Part shown: in pieces, positions 60,080 through 64,000 of the stretch
Numbering within the stretch: position 1 is the stretch's first letter
Layout: each line of letters begins with the position of its first letter
Assembly: GCA_050175155.1 (NCBI GenBank)
Contig: JBFXJF010000003.1
Coordinates: forward strand, 51,945-115,944
Source: Vulcanibacillus sp.
GTDB lineage: Bacteria; Bacillota; Bacilli; Tepidibacillales; Tepidibacillaceae
Direction of reading: 5' to 3'
DNA: 64,000 bases
Notes under the pieces: generated by a model
The model's input: only the letters and a program-made list of their open reading frames with translations
What the model was told of the DNA's origin: nothing
The model's database searches: none
Translations under genes and position numbers: made by a program

Positions 60080-61132
60080 ATGAACAAGAAATCAAGCTAT
60101 AATGTTGCAATTGTTGGAGCTACTGGTGCGGTAGGAAAACAGATATTACGCCTTTTAGAGGAGAGAAAATTTCCGGTAAATAATCTTAAATTGTTATCCT
60201 CTAGCCGTTCTAAGGGAACCATTATTAATTTTAAAGGAAATGATTTAGTAGTTGAAGAAGCAACTCCTGAAAGTTTTATTGATATCGATTTTGCACTTTT
60301 CAGCGCAGGCGGTAGTGTCAGTAAAGCGTTAGCACATAGTGCAGTTTTAGAAGGAGCAATAGTTATTGATAATACAAATGCTTTTAGAATGGAACAAAGT
60401 GTTCCATTAATTGTACCGGAAGTGAATATAGATGCAGCGAAAAATCATAATGGAATTATAGCCAATCCTAACTGTTCAACAATACAAATGGTAACTGCTT
60501 TAAAACCATTATATGATAAATACGGTATTGAAAAAATTATAGTTTCAACATATCAGGCTGTTTCAGGGGCGGGTATTAAAGCCATTAATGAGCTAGTTAA
60601 CCAAACTAAACAATTTATAAATAATGAAGAAGTAACAAAAGAAGTATTACCTGTATCCGCGTTACCTGTTAAAAAACAGATTGCCTTTAATGCAATTCCA
60701 CAAATAGATGTATTTGAAGAAAATGGATATACACTTGAAGAGATGAAGATGGTTAAGGAAACTAAGAAAATTTTTAATGATCAATCAATTAAAGTAACAG
60801 CAACATGTGTAAGGATACCCGTTTTATTTGGACACTCTGAATCAGTATATGTTGAATTAAAAAAAGATTTTGATCTTAATGATGTTAAGAGTCTACTTTC
60901 AAACATGTCTGGTGTGGTATTGTTGGATAATCCTAATATACAAGAATATCCGACAGCGGTAGATTCTGCTGGTAAGATTGAAGTTTTTGTTGGAAGGTTA
61001 AGGAGAGATCTTGATAATCCGAGAGGACTAAACATGTGGATAGTATCGGATAATCTTTTAAAAGGCGCTGCATGGAATGCTGTTCAAATAGCTGAGAAGA
61101 TTATTGGATTTGAAAAACATGATTCAAAATAA
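60080..61132 (+). CDS. asd: Aspartate-semialdehyde dehydrogenase
   Basis: 350 aa with VGATGAVG, the active-site NPNCSTIQ, and SGAG. Confidence 0.95.
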   Translation: MNKKSSYNVAIVGATGAVGKQILRLLEERKFPVNNLKLLSSSRSKGTIINFKGNDLVVEEATPESFIDIDFALFSAGGSVSKALAHSAVLEGAIVIDNTNAFRMEQSVPLIVPEVNIDAAKNHNGIIANPNCSTIQMVTALKPLYDKYGIEKIIVSTYQAVSGAGIKAINELVNQTKQFINNEEVTKEVLPVSALPVKKQIAFNAIPQIDVFEENGYTLEEMKMVKETKKIFNDQSIKVTATCVRIPVLFGHSESVYVELKKDFDLNDVKSLLSNMSGVVLLDNPNIQEYPTAVDSAGKIEVFVGRLRRDLDNPRGLNMWIVSDNLLKGAAWNAVQIAEKIIGFEKHDSK

Positions 61133-62345
61133 TAATATAATTGTTCAAAAATTCGGTGGTTCTTCTTTAACAGAAAAAGAACACAGAGAAAAAGTTATAA
61201 ATCATATAAAAGATCAACTTGCCAAAGCAAAGAAAATTGTTGTTGTCGTATCAGCTATGGGGAGAAAAGGAGATCCATATGCTACGGATACTTTAATAAA
61301 TCATATTAAAGAAAATGGAAATAGTCTACAAAATAGAGAAATGGATTTACTATTAAGCTGTGGCGAAATTATTTCAGCTACTACCTTAAGTAGCATGTTA
61401 AGTGAAGTTCAAATAAAAAATATTGTTCTTACAGGTGGTCAAGCTGGTATAATTACGAATAATAATTTTTCAAATGCTCAGATAAAAACGATTAAACCAA
61501 AAAGAGTATTAGAAGAACTAGAAAAGGGTTATGTTGTAATTATAACTGGGTTTCAGGGAATAACTGAAACAGGAGATATTACCACTTTAGGACGTGGTGG
61601 ATCGGATACAACTGCAACCGCAATAGGTGTAGCTTTGCAGGCTGAAATTGTGGATATTTTTACTGATGTTCAAGGTATTATGTCTGCTGACCCTAGAATC
61701 GTAAAGGAAGCTGAACAGTTATTAGCAGTATCCTATGAGGAAATATGTAATTTAACAAATCAAGGAGCAAAAGTTATTCATCCTAGGGCAGTAGAAATAG
61801 CAATGGGACATAAAATTCCGATTAGAGTAAGATCTACCTTTTCTAACGATGAGGGAACTTTAGTAACTTCTCTTGATAAGCTTAAGCTTCATAAGCAAGA
61901 ATTAAAAATTAAAGACAGAATTATAACGGGAATTACTCAGGTATCTAATATTGCACAAATCAAAGTTAATGTACAAGAAGACCAGTACGATACCCAATTA
62001 AAAGTATTTAAGGCAATGGCAGATGATAATATAAGTGTTGACTTTATTAACGTTAATCAATTTTGTGTAACATTTACTGTTAATGAATCTGTAATTGAAA
62101 AAGTTCAAAAAATTCTTAAATCTAAGGGATATGATCCGATAATTACCAGTAACTGTGCAAAAATTTCAATTATTGGCGCTGGAATGGCCGGTGTACCGGG
62201 TGTAATGGCCTATATAGTTGAGGCATTAACTAATATTAATGTTCAGATTCTACAATCAGCAGATTCTCATACTACAATATGGGTATTAGTTAAAGAAGAG
62301 GAAATGGATATAGCAATTAAAGCATTGCATCACAAATTTTATTAA
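61119..62345 (+). CDS. dapG: Aspartate kinase (DapG-type, sporulation/DAP branch)
   Basis: A start at ATG 61119 gives MIQNNNIIVQKFGGSSL. Also GRGGSDTTA and C-terminal ACT domains. The track ORF starts at an upstream TTG. Overlaps the end of asd by 14 nt. Confidence 0.9.
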   Translation: MIQNNNIIVQKFGGSSLTEKEHREKVINHIKDQLAKAKKIVVVVSAMGRKGDPYATDTLINHIKENGNSLQNREMDLLLSCGEIISATTLSSMLSEVQIKNIVLTGGQAGIITNNNFSNAQIKTIKPKRVLEELEKGYVVIITGFQGITETGDITTLGRGGSDTTATAIGVALQAEIVDIFTDVQGIMSADPRIVKEAEQLLAVSYEEICNLTNQGAKVIHPRAVEIAMGHKIPIRVRSTFSNDEGTLVTSLDKLKLHKQELKIKDRIITGITQVSNIAQIKVNVQEDQYDTQLKVFKAMADDNISVDFINVNQFCVTFTVNESVIEKVQKILKSKGYDPIITSNCAKISIIGAGMAGVPGVMAYIVEALTNINVQILQSADSHTTIWVLVKEEEMDIAIKALHHKFY

Positions 62346-62359
62346 TTATAAGGAGTGGC

Positions 62360-63241
62360 ATGATGAATTTTGGAAGATTAATGACTGCAATGGTATCCCC
62401 TTTTGATAATGACTTAGAGATTAACCTAAAAGAGACTGAGAAGTTAGTTAATCATCTAATTAACCAAGGAACCGATACCATAGTTGTAGCAGGAACCACA
62501 GGTGAATCCCCAACGCTATCTAATGAAGAAAAAATCTTATTATTTACGAAAGTTGTTGAGTTCGCTAAAGGTAGGGCAAAAGTTATAGCGGGAACTGGAA
62601 CAAACAATACAAAGACCTCTATAGAATTAACAAAGAGAGCTGAGCAAACTGGAGTAGATGGTATAATGTTAGTAACACCTTACTATAATAAACCTTCTCA
62701 AGAGGGCTTATATTATCACTTCAATACAATTGCAAATGAAACTAAATTGCCTGTTATGATTTATAATATTCCTAGTCGCGCAGGGATCAATGTTAGTGCT
62801 GAAACAATTATTAAGCTATCCAAAACCTCAAATATTTTTTCAGTTAAAGAGGCTAGTGGAGATATAGTTCAAATGAGTGAAATTATTAAAAATACTGATG
62901 ATGATTTTCTTCTCTATAGTGGTGATGATAAATTTAATTTACCTGTACTTGCTATTGGTGGCTACGGCAGTGTAAGTGTAGCTAGTCATGTATGTGGATT
63001 AGAAATAAAGAACATGATTGAGCACTTTTTTAATGGAGAAACTAAACTTGCATCTCAATTACATTTAAAGCTAATATCAATCTTTGAAGGTATATTTATT
63101 ACTTCAAATCCATCTCCAATAAAGGAATTGTTAAATCAAATAGGATTAAATGTAGGTTCAGTTAGACCACCACTAATGAAAGTAAGCGACGAACAGGCTT
63201 TATTTTTAAGAAATACATACCAAAAATTAAAGTCTAACTAA
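62360..63241 (+). CDS. dapA: 4-hydroxy-tetrahydrodipicolinate synthase
   Basis: 293 aa with AGTTGESPTL, TPYYNKPSQEGLY, YNIPSR and the Schiff-base Lys context VKEASGD. Confidence 0.95.
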   Translation: MMNFGRLMTAMVSPFDNDLEINLKETEKLVNHLINQGTDTIVVAGTTGESPTLSNEEKILLFTKVVEFAKGRAKVIAGTGTNNTKTSIELTKRAEQTGVDGIMLVTPYYNKPSQEGLYYHFNTIANETKLPVMIYNIPSRAGINVSAETIIKLSKTSNIFSVKEASGDIVQMSEIIKNTDDDFLLYSGDDKFNLPVLAIGGYGSVSVASHVCGLEIKNMIEHFFNGETKLASQLHLKLISIFEGIFITSNPSPIKELLNQIGLNVGSVRPPLMKVSDEQALFLRNTYQKLKSN

Positions 63242-63247
63242 TATTTG

Positions 63248-63306
63248 AAAATTAAAAACTAAGGAGATTCGGTTAATTATATCGTTTCTTTTTAGTTTTT
63301 AATTTT
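63248..63306 (+). terminator. Long AT-rich hairpin terminator after dapA
   Basis: 15-bp perfect inverted repeat AAAATTAAAAACTAA ... TTAGTTTTTAATTTT, extendable to about 20 bp with G.U pairs and running into a T tract. An AGGAG inside the 5' arm has no start codon following it. Confidence 0.5.
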
Positions 63307-63351
63307 ATTTAGTCCTCAAATAGACAATTTTAAGATTTTTAATATAAAATC

Positions 63352-63381
63352 TTGTCTTTTATATTTTCATTAATGTATAAT
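63352..63381 (+). promoter_or_regulatory. Candidate sigmaA promoter for rnj
   Basis: TTGTCT-N18-TATAAT about 65 nt upstream of the rnj start. Confidence 0.35.
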
Positions 63382-63445
63382 ATATCTCTAGTGATTAGTG
63401 CGGTTGTTTGTTAGTTACTATAACTTAATACAAGGAGGCGAAAAA

Positions 63446-64000
63446 TTGTCCAAAGCTAACGACAAATTGAAAGTTTATGCTTTAGGGGGATTAGGTGAGA
63501 TTGGTAAGAATATGTATGTCTTTGAATATGGAGAGGACATTATTGTTATTGATACAGGGCTTAAATTTCCTGAAGAAGATTTACTAGGTATTGATTTAGT
63601 AATTCCTGATTCTAGTTATCTTATAGATAATAAAGATAAGGTAAAAGCTGTTTTGCTTACACATGGTCATGAAGATCATATTGGAGGATTACACTATTTT
63701 CTTAAAGAAATTAATGTACCAGTATATGGAACTAAATTAACACTTGGTTTTGTTGAAAGTAAGTTGAAGGAAGCACAAATTCTAAATCAATCAAAATTAG
63801 TCCTGATAAATAGTGACTCTATCTTGAATATTGGAGTATTTAAGGTATCATTTTTTAGGACTAATCACAGTGTTCCAGATTCAGTGGGTATAGCATTAGA
63901 AACTCCCGAAGGAGTAATTGTTCATTCAGGCGATTTTAAGTTTGATTTTACTCCAGTAGATAATCAACTTCCTGAAATTAATAAATTAGCTGAGATTGGT
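63446..64000 (+). CDS. rnj: Ribonuclease J (3' end lies outside the window)
   Basis: Not in the ORF track because there is no stop codon in the window. TTG start 7 nt after AAGGAGG. Translation: SKANDKLKVYALGGLGEIGKNMYVFEYGEDIIVIDTGLKFPEE..LLTHGHEDHIGG..RTNHSVPDS..HSGDFKFD, a beta-CASP metallo-beta-lactamase RNase J. It follows dapA, as B. subtilis rnjB does. Confidence 0.9.
   Translation, partial: MSKANDKLKVYALGGLGEIGKNMYVFEYGEDIIVIDTGLKFPEEDLLGIDLVIPDSSYLIDNKDKVKAVLLTHGHEDHIGGLHYFLKEINVPVYGTKLTLGFVESKLKEAQILNQSKLVLINSDSILNIGVFKVSFFRTNHSVPDSVGIALETPEGVIVHSGDFKFDFTPVDNQLPEINKLAEIG

Noticed and set aside
63263-63275. AGGAG inside the post-dapA hairpin as the RBS of a small ORF
   Set aside because: No ATG, GTG or TTG start at suitable spacing opens a meaningful reading frame. 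The motif is part of the 5' arm of the terminator stem.

Overview
This is a visibly AT-rich, tightly packed window in which every supported gene is on the + strand. It looks like core chromosome of a flagellated, endospore-forming Firmicute (Bacillota).

Gene order:
- xerC/codV (5' partial), hslV, hslU, codY
- a fla/che motility-chemotaxis operon of about 30 kb: flgB, flgC, fliE, fliF, fliG, fliH, fliI, fliJ, ylxF, fliK, flgD, a small flagellar-operon ORF, flgE, flbD, fliL, fliM, fliY, cheY, fliO, fliP, fliQ, fliR, flhB, flhA, flhF, flhG, cheB, cheA, cheW, cheC, cheD, a small membrane ORF, sigD, then four poorly characterised ORFs
- rpsB, tsf, pyrH, frr, uppS, cdsA, dxr, rseP, ispG, polC
- rimP, nusA, ylxR, ylxQ, infB, rbfA, an nrnA-like gene, truB, ribF
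- rpsO, then pnp
- ymxG, dut, and a spo0E-like ORF missing from the ORF track
- ymxH, dpaA, dpaB, asd, dapG, dapA
- rnj (3' partial)

I saw no rRNA, tRNA, CRISPR array, IS element, transposon, prophage or recognisable defence island.

The backbone matches the well-known Bacillus subtilis codV-to-ymfA arrangement, with several Clostridia-like differences: ispG where B. subtilis has proS, a DHH phosphoesterase between rbfA and truB, dut after ymxG, and a short EF-Ts.

I do not see a clear-cut, wholly new multi-gene system. The best candidates for undescribed biology are:
1. the uncharacterised genes around and after sigD at the tail of the fla/che operon (29.3-33.1 kb): a 2-TM mini-protein, a DUF342/FapA-like protein, a small basic protein, a protein with SwrB/FipA-like architecture, and a TM protein carrying only an MltG-N-like domain;
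2. GC-rich RNA hairpins bracketing flgE inside the operon;
3. the unannotated 55-aa Spo0E-family ORF;
4. a promoter plus weak-terminator leader upstream of rimP-nusA.

All family assignments come from reading the translated sequences and from remembered motifs and synteny. No database search was run.
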